A stretch of 63,565 nt of DNA, counting the filler, from Klebsormidium nitens (lineage: Eukaryota > Plantae > Klebsormidiophyceae): the NCBI GenBank assembly GCA_000708835.1. It is 4 parts of 4 records of this genome, joined end to end, with 100 filler letters (N's around TTAATTAATTAA, not from the genome) between each part and the next. Parts side by side here need not be neighbours in the genome. Positions count along the whole stretch, not along the records: positions 21,014 to 38,222 come from DF237988.1; 3 more parts are not named here. One strand, 5' to 3'. Positions within the stretch are counted from its first letter, which is position 1; each line of letters begins with the position of its first letter. Under the pieces are notes generated by a model. It was given only the letters and a program-made list of their open reading frames with translations. It ran no database searches and was not told the origin of the DNA. The position numbers were made by a program, and so were the translations under genes. This document shows positions 23,451 to 34,286 of the stretch, piece by piece.

Positions 23451-24795
23451 GTGGATGAGGGCAGGTGTGATCTATTCCTCCGTTTGGGACCCTTTATAAG
23501 CTTGCAGGATTGGCAACCCTGCCAATTGGCGCTTGTGGCCTGAGCCATGGTGACCTCTTTGGCGGCACACTGGCGAAGGGGGCGCCAGTCGTGAGTCAAA
23601 GAGGTTGCTGGCGGGCTAAACAGTACTCGCGGGGCCCAGCTTGGCGATAAACGGCGGGCATCCGGGCACCCGTGTTTCCTATGGTTGGCGGGCACTGGCG
23701 AATAAGGGCAACTTGATGGGCGGCTTCAGGAAAGGACTTCAAAGCATGCACTCACTTTGAGAAAAAAAGAACCAGAGATTGGGCTAGCGGCGCTTCACAT
23801 CTGCTGACGCCTCTTCGCAAGCGCCATGGCAGAAGACAGCTTCTTTGTAAAGAAATACAACCACACTCAACTTGGTGCTTGTGTCTTCACGGCCGAGGCA
23901 GCAAGGGAGTGCATCAGCAACATGCCTGGCAGCACCTCAGCGTGGTGCACTGAGAGTGTGTCAGCTTCCGCAGCAACGCTGACCGCCCAGCAAAGGGCCC
24001 TGCTGGACATGGCTCGAAGTCTTGCGGGGTTACACTCCCGCAGGTTGCTCAGGTGAGCATGGGACAGGTTACTCACGTGCGCACTTGTGTGGTATGGACG
24101 TTGGCCCAGGACAGTGGCGTATGATCAGCGTTTTGCGCTTGGTCAAGGATAAGCTGGGGCTTAGGGAATTGAGTAGTATTACCCAAGGTCTCTTTCGCAG
24201 GTGGCGGTGGTGGACTGGATCAGGGGTGGGCAAAACGGGGGTCTCAGGTGAGTCGTGGCTTAGGGAGTTGANNNNNNNNNNNNNNNNNNNNNNNNNNNNN
24301 NNNNNNNNNNNNNNNNNNNNNNNNNNNNNNNNNNNNNNNNNNNNNNNNNNNNNNNNNNNNNNNNNNNNNNNNNNNNNNNNNNNNNNNNNNNNNNNNNNNN
24401 NNNNNNNNNNNNNNNNNNNNNNNNNNNNNNNNNNNNNNNNNNNNNNNNNNNNNNNNNNNNNNNNNNNNNNNNNNNNNNNNNNNNNNNNNNNNNNNNNNNN
24501 NNNNNNNNNNNNNNNNNNNNNNNNNNNNNNNNNNNNNNNNNNNNNNNNNNNNNNNNNNNNNNNNNNNNNNNNNNNNNNNNNNNNNNNNNNNNNNNNNNNN
24601 NNNNNNNNNNNNNNNNNNNNNNNNNNNNNNNNNNNNNNNNNNNNNNNNNNNNNNNNNNNNNNNNNNNNNNNNNNNNNNNNNNNNNNNNNNNNNNNNNNNN
24701 NNNNNNNNNNNNNNNNNNNNNNNNNNNNNNNNNNNNNNNNNNNNNNNNNNNNNNNNNNNNNNNNNNNNNNNNNNNNNNNNNNNNNNNNNNNNNNN

Positions 24796-24982
24796 TGATA
24801 CTATGTTTCAGCCTTTTCCTTTTTTCCCTTCAGGGGAAATTTTTGAAGGACAGTGTGTACAACATGGTACTATCCACAAATGGGCTATATATATGTATCT
24901 TCTTTTTTGGGAAAAAAAAGTTATATAATAGGTATAGTAGGGCTTTCCTTGGACCGGCATGAGTGAGCACTATGTATGTATG
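24796..24982 (+). repeat. Left inner inverted repeat (continues into the N gap)
   Basis: Its reverse complement aligns with 37722-37899 (catacatacatagtgctcactcatgc identical; then cctactat, tttttttcc, acatatatat, catttgt, ggaaaaaagg, gaaaca.agta in order). Confidence 0.85.
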
Positions 24983-25061
24983 TTTAACCGTTCCACATGA
25001 AAAGCTCATTGTATGTGATGGCTTTCATGGACCATACCGTTTACAAAGTGTCGTACTCAAC

Positions 25062-25186
25062 TGCGGAGGCACTTGGCGTGGATACATGGAGGATTCCAAG
25101 AGTCTCCCTAGGGCAGCTAAATTTGCATCTCTCAACCTGAGATACTTTTTGAAAAACGCTCGTCATCCGTGTATATGCGCGAGCCA
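25062..25186 (+). repeat. R-family 124-bp palindromic repeat R1
   Basis: tgcggaggc..gcgtggatacatggaggattccaagagtctccctagggcagctaaatttgcatctctcaacctga..aaaaacgctcgtcatccgtgtatatgcgcgagcca. Confidence 0.9.
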
Positions 25187-25314
25187 TCTCATTGAAATTG
25201 TGGCACATGTTGTATGTGATGACTTCAATGTCGCTTAGACACAAGTGCCATTCTACAATACCCATGGCTGCTCCCATTATTCTTGCGCTCATAGCAGACA
25301 CTCAGCCTTGTGCC

Positions 25315-25746
25315 ATGGACACAACATCTCTCCTGCACTTGGCACAGACAATCGGTTCTCTCAGCAAGGATCCCAGTAAGCATGTGGGTTGCTTGCTGCT
25401 GGACAGAGCGGGCACCAGCGTCCTCAGCGTGGGCTGGAATGCCTTTCCGGATGGAGTGAATGATAATATCCCTGAGCGATGGCAGAGACCATCAAAGTAC
25501 AGCTTCGTAACCCATGCCGAAGTGAATGCCATTTCCAAAGCGGCTAGGAATGGAATCCGGTTGGACGGCGCTACACGTATCATCACACTCTTCCCATGTA
25601 CGGACTGTGCAAAGGCGCTCATTCAATCAGGCATCCGACGGATAGTGACCACACAACCTGATGTCAATGACGCGAAGTGGGGGCCGGACTGGCGAAACGC
25701 AATGGGATTATTGAAAGAAGCAAACATAGAGCTGAATGTACAGTGA
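25315..25746 (+). CDS. dCMP deaminase (NCLDV-like, intronless)
   Basis: SKDPSKHVGC, GWNAFPDG, RPSKYSFVTHAEVNAI (HAE), TLFPCTDCAKALIQSGI (PCxxC). Confidence 0.95.
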   Translation: MDTTSLLHLAQTIGSLSKDPSKHVGCLLLDRAGTSVLSVGWNAFPDGVNDNIPERWQRPSKYSFVTHAEVNAISKAARNGIRLDGATRIITLFPCTDCAKALIQSGIRRIVTTQPDVNDAKWGPDWRNAMGLLKEANIELNVQ

Positions 25747-25773
25747 GGGCACCGTATTTTTGCTGGCTGTGAC

Positions 25774-26592
25774 ATGGAAAACATTTGCTTGTCGGCAGGC
25801 GGGCTCAAGTTCCCGCTTCACTTGGGAGCTCTCGACTTTCTAGAGGAGCGCGGGGCTGCTCCTCGAGCTTATGCTGGAAGCAGCTGTGGGGCAGTCGTGG
25901 CCGCACTCGTAACAGCTGGATATCGACCCAGTCAGCTCCACAAGCTGTGTAAGGCACGGCCTTTAAGCATGTTCCAAGTTTCCCCTCAAAAGTGGGGCAT
26001 GTGCAAGCCAGCTGGGAAGGACGAGGTCAGGGACCTCTTGAGAAAGAGGCCCAGCTGCCGGAAGCAGGGCAGCTCAGACCCCACCTTTCGAGTGCTTAAG
26101 GAAGAAACGGGTAAAGACCTCTTTGTAACCGCGATGCGAGTCCGTGACGGCAAGTTGGTGATCTTTGGTGCAGAAGAGGCCACCATGGACCTTCCGATAC
26201 ACGAAGCTGTTACAGCCAGCTGCAGCATCCCCTTCCTGAACCCTGCCATCGAGCTGGATGGAGAGTTGTACTTGGATGGAGCCCTAGGAGCTTATCTGCC
26301 CATGCGGGCTTTTGAACACATCGAAGACAAGCAAACTGTCACCGGTCTCATGATATGCAATGCAAGGGAAAGAGAAACGCCACTAACATTCGAAGAGTAC
26401 AGCAGCTCTGTTGGAAATATCGTATTAGAAAGACTCAGTGAACCCCAGAAAGCTTGGGAGAGTAACAGGACTATTCATTATGATGCAAATGAACTTGGAG
26501 TTTTCGAGAGCCCTAATGCAGGCCTAGCAGACATCATGTTCTCCAGAGGACGCAATACTTTGCAGAGATGGGCAGCTCGACACCACGTCTAA
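25774..26592 (+). CDS. Patatin-like phospholipase (NCLDV-like, intronless)
   Basis: LSAGG oxyanion loop, GSSCG (GxSxG), ASCSIP, YLDGAL (DGx). Confidence 0.93.
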   Translation: MENICLSAGGLKFPLHLGALDFLEERGAAPRAYAGSSCGAVVAALVTAGYRPSQLHKLCKARPLSMFQVSPQKWGMCKPAGKDEVRDLLRKRPSCRKQGSSDPTFRVLKEETGKDLFVTAMRVRDGKLVIFGAEEATMDLPIHEAVTASCSIPFLNPAIELDGELYLDGALGAYLPMRAFEHIEDKQTVTGLMICNARERETPLTFEEYSSSVGNIVLERLSEPQKAWESNRTIHYDANELGVFESPNAGLADIMFSRGRNTLQRWAARHHV

Positions 26593-26936
26593 GCAACATT
26601 CGGCCATGTCTCTACAGCTTGTGCCTGAACAAAGCCCTGCTCATAGCAATCGTGCGCTGTCCATCAAAGTCCTCATCAGGCTGCAAGTGCCTCCACGTGA
26701 CCGCGAGCGGTCTCATGGAGTTCCGCGCGCGCACATATTGCGGCCGCCTTTACATATTCGACCGAGCTCTCGCACATTTTGGTGACCACATGAAAAGTCT
26801 TAGGATTTCAGGGTGACGGCTCCTCGTTTTGGTGACCACATGAAAGTGCCTTTTGCTTGACCGGTGATTTGAGTCCCGGCATGCGCCTCCCGACGTTGAT
26901 TGGGAGTTGGAGATGCCGTGAAAGAGTGCCCGGAAG

Positions 26937-27005
26937 TGCCGCACGGTGCCGGAGAGTACCACATCCTGCCGTAGTAGGTCAGTTTCACTTAACCACGTGA
27001 GCCTT
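26937..27005 (+). repeat. Direct repeat left of the nuclease gene
   Basis: tgccgcacggtgccggagagtaccacatcctgccgtagtaggtca..cttaaccacgtgagcctt; recurs at 29167-29242. Confidence 0.85.
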
Positions 27006-27590
27006 TATTTACCAATTTCACCCAAAGTGTCGCCCCCATGATGTAACGTAGGCAACACGAAACGCGATGACAGTAATACCAGATTTATCTGGCTTTCCGC
27101 TGGCCGCCAAGCTGGCCTGGTACCAAAAGAAACCCCGTGCTATGTCTCCTCAGAAATGCCCTGACTTTTGACCCATAACGAATGCACCTACGGACATTTC
27201 GCCAATTGATCACTCAGGGACATCGAAGGGACTGATGGAGGTCTCTATAACGTATGTCGCGGGGCATGCTAAGAGTAGGGATCCCAGATTCCCAGGTTGA
27301 TAAGCCCGGTGATGCAGCATACATTGTTAGCATACCATCTCTTGAGCAAGAAACCCGGTCCATTCATAGGCAGCAAACCCATCCGGAATCATCAGAGTAT
27401 TGCACGCGACTTGCAAACACTTTCATCGAAATTGGTCATTTTGAGTCTATGTGTCAGAAATCTCAAAGGTTCAAACGTGGTCTTTAACTCTAAAACCCAG
27501 GGCCCACCAACAAGGTGTTCAACTCGCAAGAGCAATAGCTACAACACATGATAGACCTAGGACCAACAAAATTCGTTTGAATATCATCCA

Positions 27591-28640
27591 TCACCACCTA
27601 CTCTTGTTTCTCGAAACTGGCTCAATTGTCCAGTCCTCCTGCAAGTTGGCATACTCCAGGATAAGCGTGTTCAATGACATGCCTTTTCGCAACCACACAC
27701 CGCCTTGTTGTCCTTCCGTAAACCCCTCCACAAAGTCGCCCTTGTAGATCGACTTCACCTCTCCGGCTTGCTGAAGCACTAGGGAGTGCCCAAGGTCGAG
27801 AAAGCAGAGCCCATCAATGTTGGTGTAAGTACACGCTATGACAAGCGAGTCCGGGTGCCGTTGCAAGAACGCCTCTCTAGTATATCGAAGGGCCTGCTCT
27901 CTAACCCTCACAAGCTGTGCATGACGGTTCACGCGCTGATTGCGCCCCGGAAGCTCGGTGGCGTGCTTCACTTCGATGACCATGAAAATCCCAAACCCGT
28001 TGGTTAGAACCAGGTCTACGACACCCAAGTCACTCCGGCCCTTACAAACCTCCCAGTTCATATCAAAGATGTATGGGCAACACGAGAGGCCGTCTGCCCA
28101 GAGCTTGGACCCAGAATCGATCAAGGCCTGTACCAGCCGACGTGTCAACTCCTGCTCTTCAACCGCACCCAAAGGGGATCTCAGTAAGTGGGACTCCAAG
28201 TCGCGAACCCAGCCCTCATGCACGCCCCGAGCAAAACCGAGTTCCTCTGGATCCGACCACCTCTTGAGAAGTCTGATGGTGGCTAGAGCATTGGCCCTAG
28301 CAGCTTGAAGCTCATGCGGAATGGCAAATTGGTAGATGGGGGGGTTTATTTCCAATGTACTTCCTTCGCTCCCACTCCTTGTGACCTGTTGGAACGCCCA
28401 CACCGTCACAGAAAATTCGCCCCCCCTGCAGTAGTTGTATTGTTCGTTCATGCCCCATAGTGCCTCGATTCTCTTGGAGGGTTCAAACGAACCTTGGAGG
28501 CGCCATCCCCTCTTAGCGTGAAGGATTCTCTGCAGGTGACTGATGCAAAGGTAGCGAACCAGCGCGCCTCTTCTTGGATGCCAACGAAGGCTCTCTAGGG
28601 TCCCATCCCAGCTGAAGCACGTCTTACAGCAGCACCCCAT
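27591..28640 (-). CDS. PD-(D/E)xK (restriction-endonuclease/RecB-like) nuclease-domain protein, intronless
   Basis: EQELTRRL (motif I), GVVDLV (II), VIEVK (III), REQALRY (QxxxY motif IV). Confidence 0.75.
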   Translation of the reverse strand: MGCCCKTCFSWDGTLESLRWHPRRGALVRYLCISHLQRILHAKRGWRLQGSFEPSKRIEALWGMNEQYNYCRGGEFSVTVWAFQQVTRSGSEGSTLEINPPIYQFAIPHELQAARANALATIRLLKRWSDPEELGFARGVHEGWVRDLESHLLRSPLGAVEEQELTRRLVQALIDSGSKLWADGLSCCPYIFDMNWEVCKGRSDLGVVDLVLTNGFGIFMVIEVKHATELPGRNQRVNRHAQLVRVREQALRYTREAFLQRHPDSLVIACTYTNIDGLCFLDLGHSLVLQQAGEVKSIYKGDFVEGFTEGQQGGVWLRKGMSLNTLILEYANLQEDWTIEPVSRNKSRW

Positions 28641-28699
28641 GACAGCGTAACTCAGCTTCAGCAGCCACGTTTAAGGTTGTGTGTATTCTTCCGGTAACT

Positions 28700-28810
28700 A
28701 GCAGCACAGCACAGCACATCACAGCACAGCACAGACCCGGGCGCGTTTCAGGCGCTCAGTCTGCCATTTCGTGACATGCACAGCTCTGGGCACCACAGCA
28801 CACAGCACAG
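28700..28810 (+). repeat. (CAGCA)n microsatellite patches
   Basis: gcagcacagcacagcacatcacagcacagcacag and cacagcacacagcacag. Confidence 0.7.
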
Positions 28811-29071
28811 TGATTTACTGGCACTGGGCAAATTGATTTGAGCCATAATCGGACTTTCCTAAGAGCAAAATATGATCTACTAGATACCAAACCCCCTCAT
28901 TTTCGACCCATCTTTTCATTTCACGAAGAATAAATGCTGAGCTGTCGATGACGTGGTGACAAGGGCAAAACAGGCGGTCAATCGACGCGCCGGCTTGACC
29001 TCCCTAGCTGAGCGTTACGCTCGACCTACGACACTTATGATGAAACTTGTAGTAAACCATCTGTTCTTCGC

Positions 29072-29330
29072 TGACCACGTTGAGAACGTGGATGAGTACG
29101 GACCGAGAGGACCCAATATTACACAACTTGTGAGACCACCACTGGGCCGGACTATTCCGCGAAAGATGCCGCGCGGTGCCGGAGAGGGCCACACCCTGCC
29201 GTAGTGGGTCAATTTCGTGTTATACTTAATCACGTGAGCCTTAAACCCTCTGCTCTTTCCTGACCACATTGAGAACGTCTTTCGGACTCGGCCTGAGAGG
29301 ACTCGATACCACACAAACTTGCAAGACCCT
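29072..29330 (+). repeat. Direct repeat right of the nuclease gene, within a tandem unit of about 189 bp
   Basis: tgaccac(g/a)ttgagaacgt..gagaggac..acacaacttg..agacc at 29072 and 29261; the unit includes the copy of the 26937-27005 repeat. Confidence 0.8.
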
Positions 29331-29929
29331 TACTACACCGCGCGGTCCGACTGGCAAACTGGACCGAAGCCATTGGACCAATAGGATCGGTCCAGTGGAT
29401 CGGTCCGTCAAGCTCCGGAACGGGCCGTGAAGGGCCCGAGCAAAGCCAGAAGTGCCAATATGGAGCCGGAGAGCGCCAAGTGCCAGAGGTCCTTCCCTGG
29501 GAATTTCAAGCATATAAATGGCCGCACTTTCAGCAATAAACCATCCATCTGGTTCAACCCTTCACCTTTTCAATCCTTTCACACTCCATGGAGATTCAGC
29601 AGTACTTGCAGCAGTCACTCTCGGGTAATTGGCTTTGCCAAGAGGTGAGTATACCGTGTTGCATATGTGCAAGCACATCAGCTGCATGGAGGTCATGATA
29701 GCGTACCTTCTACGGCATCGATTCTTGCTGTTGGGTCAACTCTGACAACTCTAGATTGGCCTTCAACCATATCAATCACCGTTTGCAGAGACGAAGTGCA
29801 GATGACATAGACGCCGCGCTCGGTTTGCCACAGCCAGAGACACCTCCGAGCTCCGTGGTAAGACAGCAGCGTCTGAGAGGATGCGAACTCTGCTTTCTCC
29901 AGATGCCATATTGCCTTTGGGATGCCTCA

Positions 29930-30170
29930 ACACACCATGTATGTTCGGACGCCCTCCTGGGATGAGCCCAAGGAATGAGCTTTTGGTGTTTTCGGACGCT
30001 TCTGTGATCTTAGGTATCTATGATGAGCTTTCGGATGAGCTTTCGGACGCGCTTTCGGATGAGCTTTTGGATGAGCTTTCGGATGAGCTTTCGGGCGCTA
30101 TCCTCGGACGAGCTCCTGAAATGAGCTCCTGGGATGAGCTCTTGGTACTTTCGGACGCTTGGGTATAAGA
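29930..30170 (+). repeat. 12-bp GATGAGCTTTCG tandem repeat within a local duplication
   Basis: About six gatgagcttt(c/t)g units at 30022-30093, flanked by duplicated ctcctgggatgagc..ttttggt..ttcggacgct. Confidence 0.8.
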
Positions 30171-31639
30171 CTCTGCTATTCCCAAGCATTTCCTCATCCA
30201 TTTGCTTCAGCCTTCACCTTTGCAAGCTCTTCAGCCTTCATCTTTGCAAGATCTTCAGCCTTCACCTTTGCAAGCAGTCTCCACCTGTAGAGCACTACCA
30301 ATGGCAGTACAGCAGCAGAAGATGTTGCTGTTCCCCTACTTGAGCATAGATTCCGACTGCTTACAGCAACTGCTCGGAGACGAAACCAGTCTGCAACCAG
30401 AGATGCCAAGCTCCATGGGCCAGCAGCAGGTAGGCTCTTTTCTGGAAAGTTCAAATTCAATGAATGCATCAGAGTGAGCGATGCTTCAGGGTTCTTGGTT
30501 GCCGCGTTTATAATAAGCAGGTTGGCATGTTGGTTGCAGGGACGGCTGCATGCAGACACGGTCGACATCACCGCAAGGCAGCAGCAGAAGGTAGACACCA
30601 GAATCTTTGAAGTGAGAACCTTTCAGCATAAGGCTGATGCACTTCGCATGTCAACAATTGCAATTGCAATGCGTGAAATGAATCATGCAAGGAAAGAGGA
30701 TGATCTAGGGTTTGGACAACATGTCATCACACTTCATCAATCACCGTCTGCAGGAATTCTTGGCCCCATTCCCAGACCGCATTCCCAGTCCCACGCTACG
30801 GCCACAACATCCATGGTAAGAATACACACCAAACAGTAATGCTTTCCAATTTCTTGGTCTGCCCAGGCTACGTTGGCATATTTGCATGTTTACTCAAGGC
30901 TCCATTTCACACTTGCCCCGATTCTCAATTAGGATATCGGTGCGAGTGGGCGCTGTCCTGTTGCTGAAGCTCTAGCTGAACGCGTACTAAATGAGTACTG
31001 AAGCGCTTACCTGGTGGAAACCTTGCAGGCCTCCAACAGGAACGTGGGATTGTCAGCGACGGTCCCGTACGGTGTTAATCTCTTCGGGAACCGCTATCGT
31101 CCCCGCTCCCGCCGCTATCGTTCCCGCTCCCGCTCCCCTGCACGACAGCTGGTGAGCACCTGTCATGTGTTTCAAGGTTGTACGTATCTCGACCCGTCTG
31201 AAGTTGTTAATCAGGGCAAATTCCTGTAATTCCGGTTGCAGGAATCCATTCTGGTTTCAACTCTGAAACCTGACTCCTCAATTACGCCCTGCAGACTTTG
31301 GATCTGGGGGTCAACAGCAACATCTCAGATGCGTCAACCCGGCCCTTGCTGGAGAGAATTGTTGCCATGCTGCACGACCTTCCGGAGGAAGATTTGGAAG
31401 GTGTAGAAAGGATCATTGTAGCCACTATCGGATCCTTCTGTGGCTGAACCGCTTGCGCGGTCTGCAAGGGTTGTGGGCAGTCACAAACAGGTGCCAGCAG
31501 TAGGCTGGGAGCACTTTGAACCACCGACATGTAAATACCGTATTTCAGGGAGTTTGAGATTGCTTTAGTAGATTGCAGGTTCCGTATGTTAGACCATGCC
31601 ATGCCACTTTTAGGGTGTATATACGATATCGTATACATC

Positions 31640-31763
31640 TGCAGAGGCGCTTGCGCAAAAACACAGAGGATTTAGAGAGTTTCCTTGAGGAGGCTAAACT
31701 TGCATCTCTCAACCTGATATAGTTTCTGAAAAGCGCGCGTTACCCGTGTACCTGTGCAGACTA
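31640..31763 (+). repeat. R-family repeat R2
   Basis: tgcagaggcgcttgcgcaaaaacacagaggatttagagagtttcct..ttgcatctctcaacctga..cccgtgtacctgtgcagac. Confidence 0.88.
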
Positions 31764-32509
31764 CACCAATTGGAATGATGTACATGTTGTCAGCCATGTG
31801 TGACGATTACGTCTGGTTAAGCCTAACCTCGTTCTCGTCAGGATTTCGTTGGCTGCTTGTTAGCGAAACGACAGCGGTTACGTCTTAACGGCGCGCTGTG
31901 AGACCGTTGATATACGGCGTTCCNNNNNNNNNNNNNNNNNNNNNNNNNNNNNNNNNNNNNNNNNNNNNNNNNNNNNNNNNNNNNNNNNNNNNNNNNNNNN
32001 NNNNNNNNNNNNNNNNNNNNNNNNNNNNNNNNNNNNNNNNNNNNNNNNNNNNNNNNNNNNNNNNNNNNNNNNNNNNNNNNNNNNNNNNNNNNNNNNNNNN
32101 NNNNNNNNNNNNNNNNNNNNNNNNNNNNNNNNNNNNNNNNNNNNNNNNNNNNNNNNNNNNNNNNNNNNNNNNNNNNNNNNNNNNNNNNNNNNNNNNNNNN
32201 NNNNNNNNNNNNNNNNNNNNNNNGCAAGTTCCCTAGAGGGGGCGAGTCTAGAGACTTCCCAAAATCTGAACAAGGAGCCTCTTCGTGAGTCCTAACTGTT
32301 CAGAAGAAATCAGAACTTGGGAAGAAGGCAAGAGAGCAACAATTTTTCTGAGAGGCGCTCTTGCTGAAGGTGAACCTAAGTTGGGCTGAAAAGCTGGGCA
32401 TGGATTCCGCACATGTCTAGCAGACGGGCAGCGTTGAAACCCGTCCAACCGTCACACCATGACTTTAAGATGCCATACCAATCATGAAAGTGGTATTTGT
32501 ATACACAAT

Positions 32510-32633
32510 TGCAGAGGCACATGCGCGGATACACGGAGGATTCAGAGAGTCTCCCTAGGGCGGCTGAAGCTGCATCTCTCAATTTGACATACTTTGTGAA
32601 AAACGCTCGTTATCCGTGTATCTGCGCGGGCCA
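32510..32633 (+). repeat. R-family repeat R3
   Basis: tgcagaggcacatgcgcggatacacggaggattcagagagtctccctaggg..tgcatctctcaa..aaaaacgctcgttatccgtgtatctgcgcgggcca. Confidence 0.95.
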
Positions 32634-32929
32634 AGTCAAGCGAGCTTTAGACCGGAGAAGCCCCTGCATCGGCCATACTAGCATCGAACGTAAGCTCAGC
32701 ACGTGCGTAAAGACACGTGCACGGTCTAAATTGCTTTCACATTGGTAATGGTACCACGCGACCGCGCGCGCTGTGGCGCTTCAGAACGTTGCCGCAGATT
32801 ATGGCAGTATAGATCGGACAAGCGTCAGCTCAATAACGACAACAACAACAACAACGTAGAAAGGCGCAAAGATAGAGCTTTAGAAGAGAAAGAAGAGAGA
32901 GGCGCAGCTGCTAACAAGAAGACGGCCTA

Positions 32930-33961
32930 ATGGCGGACTGGGACAACATTAGGGCTGCTCTTGCCCCCAGCTGCAACGCCGCTGTGCTAGACAAGGTGCT
33001 CAGTCAAGTGAAGCTCATCCTCCTAAACCTGCGGGGAGAAGGGGTGGCTGATGCTGCAGACTTACAGGCGCAGTACACGAGGATTCTTGCCCGGAGTCTG
33101 TCAAACTCGAGAAGAGCTAGAGGCCTCGTGGCACACTCGCTGCGGGAGAGGATAGAGGAACTGGTAAACGGAGGTTGGAGGGGGTTGATTGAGGCTTTAG
33201 TACTTCTTCACCAGCCTGACGACAACCTGCTGTTGCTTACCCAACAACTGAACTCATCATCTATCCTGGAACGTGAGCTAGAAGGGGTCTCCTTGGGGGC
33301 AGTTATGAGAGCACTGAACACAGCAAATAGGGGAGAAGGATGCGACATCATCAAGCTCCGAGCTAAAGAGATACAGCGGAGAGTAGATGCAAGAGTATCT
33401 GTCATGCTCCCCTACTGGGAGAAGAGCTGGAAGCTTTACAACTGGTCATCACTTTCAACGAATCAGGAGACCATCCGAGATCATTTGTACACGCGGTTCA
33501 ATGCAGTGCTAAGGCTCATCATCCCGCACGAGCGTTACTGGGAGAACCTCGTGGAGAAGTATGTGAGAGCCACGTTCCGCCTATCACAGTCAGCAAACGG
33601 ACCAATCATCACCTCAAAGCTATACCACACCGCTGACATGGAGCTGGTAGTTCCCAATGTTGAGAGCGGGCACCTGAGGGTTCTGTACGAGGTCTTAGTC
33701 GACAATGAGCGAAAGCTGATGTGGTGGTCCATCCCACGGTCTTTGACATTACAGCAAGTGCTTCCCATCCCAATTCAGAGAGGAGAAGAATCAGAGGTGC
33801 CACCAGAGCAGACCTCGATGTTCCAGAAAGCTTGCGCAAAGTGCGGGTCTGCTGCTACTTCAAAGTGCTCTAGGTGTGAGCTCTGTAGATATTGCAGTGC
33901 AGACTGTCAGAGAGAGGACTGGGCCAGACACAAGGAGTACTGCACATTGCATAGAAAGTAG
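32930..33961 (+). CDS. MYND-type zinc finger protein, intronless
   Basis: C-terminal CAKCGSAATSKCSRCELCRYCSADCQREDWARHKEYC. Confidence 0.9.
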   Translation: MADWDNIRAALAPSCNAAVLDKVLSQVKLILLNLRGEGVADAADLQAQYTRILARSLSNSRRARGLVAHSLRERIEELVNGGWRGLIEALVLLHQPDDNLLLLTQQLNSSSILERELEGVSLGAVMRALNTANRGEGCDIIKLRAKEIQRRVDARVSVMLPYWEKSWKLYNWSSLSTNQETIRDHLYTRFNAVLRLIIPHERYWENLVEKYVRATFRLSQSANGPIITSKLYHTADMELVVPNVESGHLRVLYEVLVDNERKLMWWSIPRSLTLQQVLPIPIQRGEESEVPPEQTSMFQKACAKCGSAATSKCSRCELCRYCSADCQREDWARHKEYCTLHRK

Positions 33962-34096
33962 GCAATTGAAGAAGCCCTCGGCAGCAAGCTAAAACAAGCA
34001 GGCAGCTGAACTGGTCCTGAAGCTAACCGAGATGTTATCACATATTATGACTACTAAGACCATACCACTCACGGAGGACATACATTCGTATTCGAT

Positions 34097-34220
34097 TGCA
34101 GAGGAGCTTGCGCGGATACACGGAGGATTCCAAGAGTCTCCTTAGGGCGGCTAAACTTGCATCTCTCAACCTGACATACTTTATGAAAAACGCTCGTTAT
34201 CCGTGTATCTGCGCGGGCCA
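34097..34220 (+). repeat. R-family repeat R4
   Basis: Same consensus; lies between two convergent gene ends. Confidence 0.95.
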
Positions 34221-34286
34221 ATCAAGATGCTACCGTTCGAGAATGTCCTTGACGGATGCTGACGTACATACAAAAATGGCTGCTAC

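Noticed and set aside
11125-32273. ORFs composed largely of X across N gaps (11125-11677, 24022-24798, 31838-32273)
   Set aside because: Artefacts of unknown bases.
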